A DNA stretch of 64,000 nt. Origin: an uncultured Chloroflexia bacterium (GTDB lineage: Bacteria; Chloroflexota; Limnocylindria; Limnocylindrales; CSP1-4). The notes below the pieces were generated by a model, which did not search any database, was not told the origin of the DNA, and was given only the letters and a program-made list of their open reading frames with translations. Within the stretch, counting starts at the first letter, position 1, and every line of letters begins with the position of its first letter. Of this stretch, positions 19,187-29,345 are shown in pieces. A program made the translations under genes and the position numbers. The stretch is taken from contig CAWHXD010000006.1 of NCBI GenBank assembly GCA_963833225.1, positions 1-64,000 on the forward strand, read 5' to 3'.

Positions 19187-21231
19187 CTAGCCCTCGGCGT
19201 CGGCCACCTTGAGACGGGTCGTCCGGCGCTTGGGCGCCGCCGCCTCGGCGGCGGGCTCGGCCGTTGTCTCGGCGGTTGCCTCCGTCGGGGTAGCGGCCTT
19301 GCGGGTCGTGCGGCGCTTGGGCGCCGGGGACTCGACCTCGGCGTCGGACGAGGCGGCGACCGGCTCGGCCGGCGTGGCCGTCCGGCGCGTGGTGCGCCGC
19401 TTCGGGGCGTCGGCGGGTGCCTCGGCGGCCGGCGCCGCGGCGGCCTCTGGTGAGGCGGTCCTGCGAGTCGTCCGGCGCTTGGGGGCCTCGGCCGGAGCCT
19501 CGGCCGGCACGTCGGTCGAAGCCTCGGCCGGCGCCGCGGCCCGTGACGAGGTCCGGCGCCGCGCCGCGGGTGCGGCAGGTGCCTTGTCGCCGGTCGACTC
19601 GACGGCTGGCGCCGCCGGCGTGACCGGCGCGGGTCGCGAGCGCTGCATCTGGGCCCGGAGAAGCTCCTCGAGCTCCGGCGGGACCTCGCTCCATTCCTCG
19701 CCGCCCGCACCACGCGGTGCGCGCTCGACGCGATCGGGCCGGCCGCCGCGGGGCGGCAGCTGCCCTCCGCGACCGCCGCCGGCGCTGCGGCCACCCTGAC
19801 CACTGCGCTGCGGCTCCGTGAACCGGCTGGGGCTGGTCGCCGCGAGCTCCGCCGTATCGCTCGCGCTCGATGGCCGCCGCATAGGCGCCTCGGGAGCCGC
19901 CGCGACCACCGCCGCGGCCGCCGCGGCCACCCTGGGAGCCTTGGCCACCCTGGCCACGACGACGCTCGGTGAGGAGGTACTCGGGGATCTCCGGCTCGTC
20001 GATGTCCACCTCGTCGAGCGGTGGCAGGTCGGCCGCCGGGCGCGCCGTCACGGGCGTGCCGAGCTGCCGGTCCCAGACCGACCCGAACGGAGTGGACCGG
20101 GGCGCCCGGGGCGTGCTCGCGAGCGCATCGAGGTCATCGAACGGCGTGGGCAGCTCACCGGACGGCGTGCGTCCGGTGCTCTTCCCTCGTCCACCGCGCG
20201 CGGCGGGCCGCTCGGCTGCTTCCTCGGGCTCGGCCGCGGCGGCGGGAGCCTCCGCAGCCTCGCCGTCGCCGGCCGGCTGTTCCTCGCTGGCGGCATCGGT
20301 GCCTTCGGGCAGGTCGCCCTCGACGCCCTCGGTCCCCAGCTCATCACGTCGGCCACGACCCCGGCCGCGACCGCCGCGGCGGCGGCGGCGGCGTCGGGCG
20401 TCCGCATCACCCTGGACCTCGTCGTCGGCAACGTCCCCGCCGGTCTCCTCGGGCTCGTCGGCGTCCGAGGTGGCAGCGATGGCGCCTGCTCGCGAGAGCT
20501 TCTCTCCGGGCAGGGCGACCAGCTGGCCGCCGGTCGCGGCGACCGCGACCTCCTCGCGGTCCCGATCCGGCCCGATCCCGGTCCCGATCCCGGGTGCGGC
20601 CGCGAAGGGCTCCCTCATCCCGATCCCGGCCGCGACCACCGCGGCCGCGACCACCACGGCCCCGGCCGGTGCCCTCGGTCATCTTGTCGGGGACCTCCGT
20701 CATGGACAGGTCCTCGTCGTCATCGGCGACCCGCCGGCCCGACCTCGTCGAGCTCTTGTCGACCTTGGCGATGTGGGTGATGTCGGTGAACAGGTCCGCG
20801 GCCTCGATCAGGTCGGACGAGGTGTTGCCGCGGAAGCTGATGACCTCCACCCGGACGCCCATCTCCTGGACGGCACGGATCGCCGGGGCGAAATCGCCGT
20901 CGCCGGACACGATCACGGCGACGTCGAGGTTGCGGGCGGTCTTCATCATGTCGACGACCAGCTCGATGTCGAGGTTGGCCTTGACCTTGCCGTCGCCGTA
21001 CTTGCGGATGTCCTTGCTGACCACCTTGTAGCTGTGGCGGGCAAGGAACTGGTGGAAGTTGCGCTGGTTCTCGTTGTCCGGGTCGAGCCCGGTATAGGCA
21101 TACGCGCGGACGAAATCTCGTCCGGCGGTGGCCGACTTCAGAAGGGTGACGTAGTCGATGTCCACGCCGGCCGCCTTGGCCGCGTAGAAGATGTTCGCCA
21201 CGTCTACGAAGACGGCGACGTTCTTCCCCAC
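19187..21231 (-). CDS. NYN (LabA/DUF88) domain protein with long low-complexity C-terminal tail (frameshifts)
   Basis: VAVFVDVAN, KANLDIELVVDM, IVSGDGDFAPAI, GVRVEV, LIEAADLF; tail of RG-rich, acidic and APKRRTTR segments across three frames to TAG 19187. Confidence 0.85.
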
Positions 21232-21285
21232 GTTGACTCCTATGTGGTGGGGCGGTCCCGGCTCTTCCGGGCCGCCCTTGGGGCG

Positions 21286-21744
21286 CTATCGGCGGCGGGC
21301 AGAGCCGGCCGCCGGAAGGGGCCGCCGGAGCGTTGGCCCGGCGGGGGCGAACCCGGCGCGCTCGAGGCGCGCGAGGCTCGCGGGGTTGGATGGTTGGGCC
21401 GCCTCCACGGTTGAGCAACCCTTGTTGCCCGCGGAGCGCACAAGCTCTTCGATGAGCGCGGCCGTCACGCGATCCGCATCGTGGTCCGGGGCGACCACCA
21501 GGAAATCCACGGTCCCCACGTAGCCACCGGCGGTCACCGACGGACGCAGCACCAGGAGCGCCCCGCCCACGATCTCCCGTCGCGTCTCGGCGACGAGGAG
21601 GCTCGCGTTCGGCAAGTAGACGAGCTGCCGGAGCAGGTCCGCGGCATCGAGCGACCCGGAGCCGGACCCCGGCATCGCCGAGCGGCCGATGGCGGCCAGC
21701 CGGTCGATGTCGGTGATACGGGCCTGGCGGATCTGGTACTCCAC
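21286..21744 (-). CDS. GNAT-family N-acetyltransferase-like protein
   Basis: YQIRQARITDIDRL, LLVAE...IVG, VDFLVVAP, LIEEL..A..KGC, ERAGF; acetyl-CoA loop degenerate. Confidence 0.75.
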   Translation of the reverse strand: MEYQIRQARITDIDRLAAIGRSAMPGSGSGSLDAADLLRQLVYLPNASLLVAETRREIVGGALLVLRPSVTAGGYVGTVDFLVVAPDHDADRVTAALIEELVRSAGNKGCSTVEAAQPSNPASLARLERAGFAPAGPTLRRPLPAAGSARRR

Positions 21745-21909
21745 GCCGTGGTCACGACCTCGTACAGCGATGCGGCACCTGCGCGGGACCCGAGCCGATT
21801 GCCGAGTCGGATGGGCGGCCCTGCGCCTGACCGCGAAGACGGGCACGCCGGGAGGCGAGCGACACGAGGCTCAGACAAGCCGTCCCGGAGTGAGAGCGGC
21901 AAGGGGGAT

Positions 21910-21954
21910 GGATGCAAACGGCAACCTTGCATCCCCGTCGCCGATGCCTATGAT
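21910..21954 (+). promoter_or_regulatory. liv operon promoter with overlapping inverted repeat
   Basis: TTGCAT (21927) N16 TATGAT (21949); GGATGCAA-N9-TTGCATCC overlaps the -35. Confidence 0.55.
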
Positions 21955-22122
21955 ACGGCATCGCACTGCCGCTGCTCGTGGCGGTGCGTTTGGGTCCCTC
22001 ATCCCGCGTCGCCGTCACCGCCGGACCGGGCACTTGTCCCGCTCGGTCATCACAGGGACGACGTCGCGGCGCCGGTCGAAGCATCGACCGGGCATCGATG
22101 AGGGGAATTGGAGGAGGTTTCT

Positions 22123-23403
22123 ATGTCGGTTCGCGCGTTCGGCGCTCTGGCCCTGGCCGCTGTGTTCGTCGCAGCGGGCTGCTCCGGTGGGGGCGGCGGC
22201 GACAAGGTCCTCAAGCTGGGAGTGACCCTCCCCCTGTCCGGCGGCGCTGCGGCCGACGGCCAGCCCACCCTCAAGGGGGCGCAGCTGGCCGTTGACGAGG
22301 CCAACACGAAGGGTGGCATCGGCGGCTACACGATCCAGCTGTTCCCGCTCGACCATGCGGTCAACGGCAAGTACAACGAGCAGCAAGCTGCCCAGGACAT
22401 GCAGACGTTCGTCAACGACCCTGCGGTCTTTGGCATCGTCGGTCCGTACAACTCGGCCGTGGGCAAGGTCCAGATCCCCATCGGCAACGACGCCGGCCTG
22501 CTCCAGTGCAGCCCGGCCAACACGAACCAGGGCTTGACCAAGCCCGAGTTCGGTGGCCTCGACCTGCGCCCGAACCACCCTGACCGGATCGCCTACGTCC
22601 GCGTGGCGGCGACCGACGACATCCAGGGCCCGGCGATGGCGGTCTACGCGTACAACACGCTGGGCCTCCGGAACATCCTCGTCGTCGACGATGTCACCAC
22701 GTTCGGCAAGGGCGTGGCGGACACGTTCCAGGCGAAGTACCAGGAGCTCGGCGGCACGGTCGCCGATCGCGTCGGCGCCGGCGCCGACACCACGGACTTC
22801 AACGCGATCGTCACCGCGGCCACGGGCAAGAACCCGGATGCCGTGTACTACGGCGGTGTCGTCACCTCGGGCGCCGGCCTGCTGCTCAAGCAGATGCGCC
22901 AGCAGGGCATGGACATCCCGTTCCTCGGCCCCGACGGCATCGTCAACGGGAACGGCGAGGCCGAGGGCTCGCTGATCAAGATCGCCGGCAACGACTCGTT
23001 CGGGACCGACACCAAGCAGGCGTTCGGCACCATCGCCGCCATCGGCGACTTCCCGGCCAAGGCGGCGTTCGACGCGAGCTTCAAGGAGCACTTCAAGGCC
23101 GACAGCGAGTTCAACCAGCCGGGCGCCTACAGCGGCCCCGCCTATGCGTGCGCCACCGTCGTGCTCGACTCGCTTGAGGCGTTCCTCAAGGCGAACTCGG
23201 GTGCCGACGAGGCCGCGATCCGCGAGGGCGTCCGCGCCTGGGCGACCGACTCCTCCCACTCGTTCGAGACCGTCCTGGGCACCACCGCGTTCGACGCGAA
23301 CGGCGACACCACGCAGCCGTTCATCTCGTTCTACACGGTCGACCCCGCAGCGCCGAACAACGGCGACTGGGTGTTCAAGGAGCAGCTGAACTTCGGCCAG
23401 TAG
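22123..23403 (+). CDS. branched-chain amino acid ABC substrate-binding lipoprotein (LivJ/LivK family)
   Basis: RBS GGAGGAGG; lipobox VAAGC; LPLSG, GAQLAVDEAN..GG, GPYNS, RVAATDDIQG. Confidence 0.92.
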   Translation: MSVRAFGALALAAVFVAAGCSGGGGGDKVLKLGVTLPLSGGAAADGQPTLKGAQLAVDEANTKGGIGGYTIQLFPLDHAVNGKYNEQQAAQDMQTFVNDPAVFGIVGPYNSAVGKVQIPIGNDAGLLQCSPANTNQGLTKPEFGGLDLRPNHPDRIAYVRVAATDDIQGPAMAVYAYNTLGLRNILVVDDVTTFGKGVADTFQAKYQELGGTVADRVGAGADTTDFNAIVTAATGKNPDAVYYGGVVTSGAGLLLKQMRQQGMDIPFLGPDGIVNGNGEAEGSLIKIAGNDSFGTDTKQAFGTIAAIGDFPAKAAFDASFKEHFKADSEFNQPGAYSGPAYACATVVLDSLEAFLKANSGADEAAIREGVRAWATDSSHSFETVLGTTAFDANGDTTQPFISFYTVDPAAPNNGDWVFKEQLNFGQ

Positions 23404-23415
23404 CCGTCGCATGAA

Positions 23416-23449
23416 CGTGGGCCGGAGGTCGAACGCCCTCCGGCCCACG
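23416..23449 (+). other. intercistronic 13-bp stem-loop after the binding-protein gene
   Basis: CGTGGGCCGGAGG-N8-CCTCCGGCCCACG perfect stem. Confidence 0.7.
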
Positions 23450-23487
23450 ACCACTCCTCGCTCCGAGACGCCCCGCCCGGAGGTTTC

Positions 23488-24513
23488 ATGACCACGACGA
23501 CCGCGCCCGCCAGTGCGCCCGTGCCAGACGCGCTCCGACGCCTGCGCCCTGGGCCGTACGCGTTCGTAGCCCTCTTTGCGGTCATCGTGTTCGTGGCGAT
23601 CGGGCCGCAGCAGTTCGTCAACGCCCTCACCATCGGAGCGATCTACGCCCTGATCGCCATCGGGTACACGATGGTGTACGGGATCATCGAGCTCATCAAC
23701 TTCGCCCACGGCGACGTGTTCATGGTTGGCGCCTTCGCGTCCATGTACGTGCTCACGAACATCCTCGGCCAGGACAAGCCCTCCACCAGCGTCCCGGAAG
23801 CGGCGCTCCTGATCGTGGGCACGTTCCTGGTCGTCATGATCCTGATGGGCGCTCTCGGGGTCGCCATCGAGCGGTTTGCCTACCGCCCGCTGCGCAACGC
23901 CCCCCGCCTGGCCCCGCTGATCACCGCGATCGGCGTGTCCTTCATCCTCCAGAACCTCATCCAGATCCTCTTCGGCCCGTCTCCGATCAACACGACGCAG
24001 GTCATCCCCCCGACGCTGCGGATCGAGATCGGATCCGTGAGCATCGGCATCGTCAACATCTTCGTGATCGTGGTCTCGGTCAGCCTGATCATCGCCCTGC
24101 AGCTGTTCGTGAACCGCACCCGGCTCGGCCGCGCGATGCGTTCGACGGCGCAGGACCGGGAGGCGGCGCAGTTGATGGGCGTCAACATCAACCGCACGAT
24201 CGCGCTCACGTTCTTCATCGGCTCGGCCCTGGCCGGTGCGGCGGGCATCGTGCAGGGGTTCTACTTCGGCAACATCCAGTTCAACCTGGGATTCCAGTCT
24301 GGGCTCAAGGCGTTCACGGCCGCTGTCCTGGGCGGCATCGGGAACATCACCGGCGCCGCGCTCGGCGGCTTCATCATCGGCTTTGTCGAGGTGACCGCCG
24401 CCGCCTACGGGTTGTTCGTCTGGGGCCAGGCGCTGGTGTTCGTGGTCCTGATCGTGACGCTGGTGTTCCGGCCCTCCGGCCTGCTCGGCCAGCAGCTGGG
24501 AGAGCGCGCATGA
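23488..24513 (+). CDS. livH: BCAA ABC permease LivH
   Basis: IYALIAIGYTMVYGIIELINFAHG, RPLRNAPRLAPLITAIG, KAFTAAVLGGIG. Confidence 0.95.
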   Translation: MTTTTAPASAPVPDALRRLRPGPYAFVALFAVIVFVAIGPQQFVNALTIGAIYALIAIGYTMVYGIIELINFAHGDVFMVGAFASMYVLTNILGQDKPSTSVPEAALLIVGTFLVVMILMGALGVAIERFAYRPLRNAPRLAPLITAIGVSFILQNLIQILFGPSPINTTQVIPPTLRIEIGSVSIGIVNIFVIVVSVSLIIALQLFVNRTRLGRAMRSTAQDREAAQLMGVNINRTIALTFFIGSALAGAAGIVQGFYFGNIQFNLGFQSGLKAFTAAVLGGIGNITGAALGGFIIGFVEVTAAAYGLFVWGQALVFVVLIVTLVFRPSGLLGQQLGERA

Positions 24514-25679
24514 GTGCGAGCGTGCAGGACATCTCGCCGCAGACGCCGGACACGGGCAGCTCGCTGCGGCGCCGGCTGAGCCTGTGGTCGGGCCGCCACC
24601 GGTCGCTGTCCGTGATCATCGGCATGAGCCTGGTCGCGGTCCTGCTGCCGTTCCTGGTGCTCCTGCCGCCGTTCAACAGCTTCAGCGCCCAGAATGTCTG
24701 GATCGACGGCTTCACGATCGCGGGCATCTACGTCCTGCTGGCCCTTGGCCTCAACATCGTGGTCGGGATGTCGGGCCTGCTTGACCTTGGCTACGCGGCG
24801 TTCTTCGCGATCGGGTCGTACGCCTTTGCCTTCGCGGCCTCGCCGTTCACCGGCTTCGATATCCCGTTCTGGCCGATGCTCATCCTGGGCGCCGTGGTCG
24901 CGGCCGTGTTCGGCATCCTGCTCGGTGCCCCGACGTTGCGGCTGCGTGGCGACTACCTCGCGATCGTCACGCTCGGGTTCGGCGAGATCGTGCCGATCGT
25001 GTTCCTGAACTCCTCGACCTACACCGAGGGTCCCAACGGCATCGGTGGCATCTCACCGCCGAGCATCGGCGACTTCGTGTTCCCGACCGTCGGCAACCCG
25101 TGGCCGTTCTACCTCACGATGCTCCTGCTGATCACGGTCTCGATGATCCTGATCTACCGGCTCCAGGAGTCACGCCTCGGCCGGGCCTGGATGGCGATCC
25201 GGGAGGACGAGCTGGCAGCCGCCGCGAACGGCGTGAACACCGTCACCACCAAGCTCCTCGCGTTTGCCCTGGGTGCCTCGACGGCCGGCCTCGCCGGCGT
25301 GTTCGCGTCGTCCAAGCTCACGCTCGTGAGCCCGAACCTGTTCCGGTTCGACGTCTCGTTCACCGTGCTCGCGATGGTCGTCCTCGGCGGCATGGGCAAC
25401 ATCTGGGGCGTGGCGATCGGGGCCTTCATCGTGTTCCTGATCCAGACCGTGATCCTCAAGCAGCTGAACATCTTCTTCGACAACGTGCACGTGCCATTCC
25501 TGTCGGACATCGACTTCCTGCAGTACCAGTTCCTGCTGTACGGGATCGCGCTGGTGGCCATGATGCTGATCCGCCCGGAGGGGTTGTTCCCCAGCCGGCG
25601 TCGCAGGCAGGAGTTGCATGCCGAGGAGGATGCCGACTTCGGTGAACACGGCGACCCGATGGGATCGGCACCCGAATGA
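24510..25679 (+). CDS. livM: BCAA ABC permease LivM
   Basis: LGLNIVVG..GLLDLGYAAFFAIG, LRLRGDYLAIVTLGFGEI, AIREDELAA. Confidence 0.95.
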   Translation: MSASVQDISPQTPDTGSSLRRRLSLWSGRHRSLSVIIGMSLVAVLLPFLVLLPPFNSFSAQNVWIDGFTIAGIYVLLALGLNIVVGMSGLLDLGYAAFFAIGSYAFAFAASPFTGFDIPFWPMLILGAVVAAVFGILLGAPTLRLRGDYLAIVTLGFGEIVPIVFLNSSTYTEGPNGIGGISPPSIGDFVFPTVGNPWPFYLTMLLLITVSMILIYRLQESRLGRAWMAIREDELAAAANGVNTVTTKLLAFALGASTAGLAGVFASSKLTLVSPNLFRFDVSFTVLAMVVLGGMGNIWGVAIGAFIVFLIQTVILKQLNIFFDNVHVPFLSDIDFLQYQFLLYGIALVAMMLIRPEGLFPSRRRRQELHAEEDADFGEHGDPMGSAPE

Positions 25680-26737
25680 GCACGGAGCCGACGATGCCCC
25701 AGGATCAGGTGACCTCGCAGCCTCCCGCGACGCCGGCGGCCGCCGGATCGGCGGAGATCCTGCTGCGCGCGGATCGAATCTCCCGCCGCTTCGGTGGCCT
25801 GATCGCCGTCCGCGACGTGGATCTCGTCATCCCTCGTGGCGGGATCATCAGCATCATCGGCCCCAACGGGGCGGGCAAGACGACGTTCTTCAACGTCGTC
25901 GCCGGGATCATCGACCCGACCTCGGGGACCGTCTCGTTCCGTGACCAGCTGCTGATCACGCGCCCGAGCCGGCTGTGGCTCGAGTCGATCCTGTGGCTCG
26001 TGCCGTCACTGCTGGCCGTCCTGGTCGCCCTCGCGCTGGGTGCCGCGGGCAGCGAGACGGGGATCGCGATCACGGCCGCCGCGGCGATCGGCATCCTGGT
26101 CGTGGTCCTGGTCACGGCGCTGGCCCGCCCACCGGCATACCAGCGCCTGCTGGGCCGGTTGGGCGTGATCCGGAGCGCGCGCCCCAACGACGTGGTGGCG
26201 TCGGGGATCGGCCGGACATTCCAGAACATCCGCCTGTTCCAGAACATGACCGTCCTCGAGAACGTGCTCGTGGGCATGCACCTCCAGCTGAAGTCCAACC
26301 TCATCGACCACTTCGCGTCAACCCGGCGCCAGAGCCGCGAGGAGGAGGCGGCGCGGCGCAAGGCTCGCGAGCTGCTGCGCCTGGTGGGCCTGCGCGGCCG
26401 CGACGGCGAGCTGGCCAAGAACCTGCCCTACGGTGACCAGCGCCGCCTCGAGGTGGCACGAGCGCTCGGCAACCAGCCGTCACTGCTCCTGCTGGACGAG
26501 CCGACGGCCGGGATGAACCCCCGCGAGACGGCCGAGATGACCGCCCTGATCGGCCGGCTTCGCGACGACCTCGGCATCTCGATCCTCCTGATCGAGCACG
26601 ACATGCGGGTCGTGATGGGCATCAGCGACCGAATCACCGTCCTCGACCACGGGGAGCGGATCGCCGAGGGCACGCCGGCAGAAGTGCGCCGCGACCCGCG
26701 CGTGATCGAGGCCTACCTGGGAGCTCCGGCCCAATGA
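25676..26737 (+). CDS. livG: BCAA ABC ATPase LivG with internal hydrophobic insertion
   Basis: GPNGAGKTT, RTFQNIRLF, LPYGDQRRLE, LLDEPTAG, IEHDM; about 70-aa insertion with two hydrophobic helices. Confidence 0.93.
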   Translation: MSTEPTMPQDQVTSQPPATPAAAGSAEILLRADRISRRFGGLIAVRDVDLVIPRGGIISIIGPNGAGKTTFFNVVAGIIDPTSGTVSFRDQLLITRPSRLWLESILWLVPSLLAVLVALALGAAGSETGIAITAAAAIGILVVVLVTALARPPAYQRLLGRLGVIRSARPNDVVASGIGRTFQNIRLFQNMTVLENVLVGMHLQLKSNLIDHFASTRRQSREEEAARRKARELLRLVGLRGRDGELAKNLPYGDQRRLEVARALGNQPSLLLLDEPTAGMNPRETAEMTALIGRLRDDLGISILLIEHDMRVVMGISDRITVLDHGERIAEGTPAEVRRDPRVIEAYLGAPAQ

Positions 26738-27489
26738 CCGCACCGACAACGACTGCCGCGTCCGGTGGTGCCACCGCCGATCTCATGCTGCGCCTCGATG
26801 GCGTGCACGCCTACTACGGCCATATCCACGCGCTGCAGGGCATCTCGATCGAGGTCAGGCGCGGCGAGATCGTCACGCTGCTCGGGACGAACGGAGCCGG
26901 CAAGACCACCACGCTCAAGACGGTCAGCGGCCTGCTGCATCCGCGCGAGGGCAAGGTTGAGCTTGAGAATCGCGACATCTCGCGGGTCGCGCCGCACGAG
27001 CTGGTGGAGGCCGGCGTCGGGCATGCGCCCGAGGGTCGCCGGATCTTCTCGCGGCTGACCATCCTGGAGAACCTCCAGATGGGTGGCTACACGAGGACCG
27101 CGGCCGAGGTCCGCGAGGACGTCGAGCACGTCTACACCCTGTTCCCGAGGCTCCGCGAGCGAGCCGATCAGCGGGGCGGGACGCTGTCCGGCGGCGAGCA
27201 GCAGATGCTGGCCATCGGACGCGCGCTCATGACCCGGCCGTCGATCCTGCTCCTCGACGAACCGTCGCTGGGCCTGTCGCCGATCCTGGTCCAGCAGATC
27301 TTCTCGATCATCCAGGAGATCAACGCCCGGGGCATGACGATCCTGCTTGTCGAGCAGAACGCGCTCCAGGCGCTCGCGATCGCCAACCGCGGCTACGTCC
27401 TGCAGACGGGCATGGTCGTGCTCGAAGGTGCCTCGTCGGAGCTGCGCGCCAACGAGACCGTCCGCAAGGCCTACCTCGGCGAGGACTGA
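26734..27489 (+). CDS. livF: BCAA ABC ATPase LivF
   Basis: GTNGAGKTT, PEGRRIF, LSGGEQQMLAIGRAL, LLDEPSLGL, VEQN. Confidence 0.95.
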   Translation: MTAPTTTAASGGATADLMLRLDGVHAYYGHIHALQGISIEVRRGEIVTLLGTNGAGKTTTLKTVSGLLHPREGKVELENRDISRVAPHELVEAGVGHAPEGRRIFSRLTILENLQMGGYTRTAAEVREDVEHVYTLFPRLRERADQRGGTLSGGEQQMLAIGRALMTRPSILLLDEPSLGLSPILVQQIFSIIQEINARGMTILLVEQNALQALAIANRGYVLQTGMVVLEGASSELRANETVRKAYLGED

Positions 27490-27574
27490 CGCGCCGGCTG
27501 GCGCGTCCGTGCCGGTGCGGGACCCGGCGCCGCGGCCCGGCCGCCCGAGGGGGTCGCCGCCGTCCGGCCACTCC

Positions 27575-28265
27575 ATGGCGGTAGCGACCGTGGGGTCTGG
27601 ATCGCGCTGATGCTCGTCGCCGTGGCGTTGGTGATCCTGTTCGTCAAGCCCTGGGCCGCGATCCCTGCCGGGCCGGGCGGCGGGCGGCGGGTGGCGAGGT
27701 GAGCCATGGCAGCCACGCGGGCGGGCTCACCGGCGCCGCCCGACACCCCGCCCGTCGGACCCGTATGCGGAGCTGGTCACGACCTGCGGCAAGCCCAGCG
27801 GCTGGCGTGTCGCGACGCTCCAGACGTGGGTCGGGCGCACTGCCCCGATCCGCACCTGGCTGGCCATCGACCCGGTCGCGGCCCGCGGCGCGGCCGACCC
27901 GACGATCCAGGTCGTGTCCGGTCGCCACCGACCTCGTGCTCGCGATGGGGTACTGCTCGCCCGTTGGTCCGGACCAGCCGCCGCAGGCCATCACCGTGGA
28001 GATCTGGGTCGTGCCCGACGGCGACCCGCCCATCCTGCTGCACGCCCCGCGGCTTGAGCCGATCCACGCGCACGCCCTGGGTGGACTGTGGCGCCCGCCG
28101 GTGGATCGGCGCGTGACCTGGACGGGGTCGGGGGCTGGGCGCCGGGACGCTACGCGATCCACCTCGTCGCGCGCAGCGACGAACGATGGCTGGGCGTGGA
28201 CCTCCTGGACCTCAGCGTCGGCTCGGCGGGATCCCCGTCGCCCGGAGCGGGACCGTCAGCCCTAG
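27575..28265 (+). CDS. membrane-anchored hypothetical protein (multiple frameshifts; start uncertain)
   Basis: One TM (LMLVAVALVILFVKPW) then fragments CGKPSGWRVATLQTW, LAMGYCSP and WAPGRYAIHL in different frames. Confidence 0.4.
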
Positions 28266-28688
28266 CGGCGCGGGGGCTCGCGCGAGATCTCGAACGCCGC
28301 GCGGGCCAGCATGATCGACCCTACCACGGCGATCCAGAACCCGTAGGCGCGCTGTCGGCAGGAGGCCCTCAGGCGCCGGCAGGACCGCCCAGACCCAGGC
28401 GAGCACGGCGACGATCGCAATGATCGCCGGGACCGCGAAGGCCAGGCCGCGATCCACCGCCAACGGGCGCGGCTCATGGCGTACGGCGGGCACGATGAGC
28501 GCAAGCGTCGCGAGCGCTGACAGCAGCGTGGCGATGCCCTGCGGGTACTGCCAGGCCAGGAGGGTGCGCGCCGTCAGCTCGCCCGCGGCACCCCCCACCG
28601 AGTACCACGGCAGGACGCAGCCCACGATGACCACGATCGCCCCCGCGAGCGCGAGCCGCCTGCCACCGCCCATCGACCGCGAGTGCAT
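28262..28688 (-). CDS. membrane protein (frameshifts)
   Basis: LALAGAIVVIVGCVLPWYSVG N-terminus and YGFWIAVVGSIMLARAAFEI C-terminus; coupled to the hpt stop. Confidence 0.6.
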
Positions 28689-29254
28689 CACTCCGCCGGC
28701 GCGTAGACCTCGGGGCGCAGCACGCCCACGAAGCGCAGGTTGCGGTATCGCTCGCCGTAGTCCAGGCCGTACCCCACCACGAACTGGTCGGGGATCTCGA
28801 ACCCGCGGTAGTCAACCGGGATGTCGACCAGGCGGCGGGCGGGCTTGTCAAGCAGGGTGCAGATCTTGAGCGACGCGGGGCCCTTGCCGCGCAGGTACCG
28901 GATCAGGTAGTTGAGCGTCAGGCCCGTGTCGATGATGTCCTCGACAAGCAGGACGTCCTCGTCGGCGATGCTGGCGGACAGGTCCTTGATGATCCGGACG
29001 AGACCCGAGGATTCCGTTGCCGTGCCGCCGTACGAGCTGACCTCCATCAGGTCGATCCGAAGCGGCAACGCGATCTGGCGCATCAGGTCGGCCATGAACG
29101 GCAGCGATCCCTTGAGCACGGACACGAGGGTGAGATTGCGACCGGCATAGTCGGCGGCAATCTGGCGGCCCAGCTCAGCCGTCCTGGCGGCGATGACCTC
29201 CTCGCTGAGGAGGATCTCTCCAATGTCGGCCTCGAGATCGGCGGAGCGGTTCAT
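28688..29254 (-). CDS. hpt: hypoxanthine phosphoribosyltransferase
   Basis: VLKGSLPFMADL, VSSYG, VLLVEDIIDTGLTL, LLDKPARR, FVVGYGLDY. Confidence 0.97.
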   Translation of the reverse strand: MNRSADLEADIGEILLSEEVIAARTAELGRQIAADYAGRNLTLVSVLKGSLPFMADLMRQIALPLRIDLMEVSSYGGTATESSGLVRIIKDLSASIADEDVLLVEDIIDTGLTLNYLIRYLRGKGPASLKICTLLDKPARRLVDIPVDYRGFEIPDQFVVGYGLDYGERYRNLRFVGVLRPEVYAPAE

Positions 29255-29345
29255 GACGGGGCTTGCGACGCCTCCATGGCGAGTGACTCAGGGTAGGTCT
29301 CGATGATCGCGCGTCCCGGCGTCCGGTGCACGCCGTGCGGACAGG

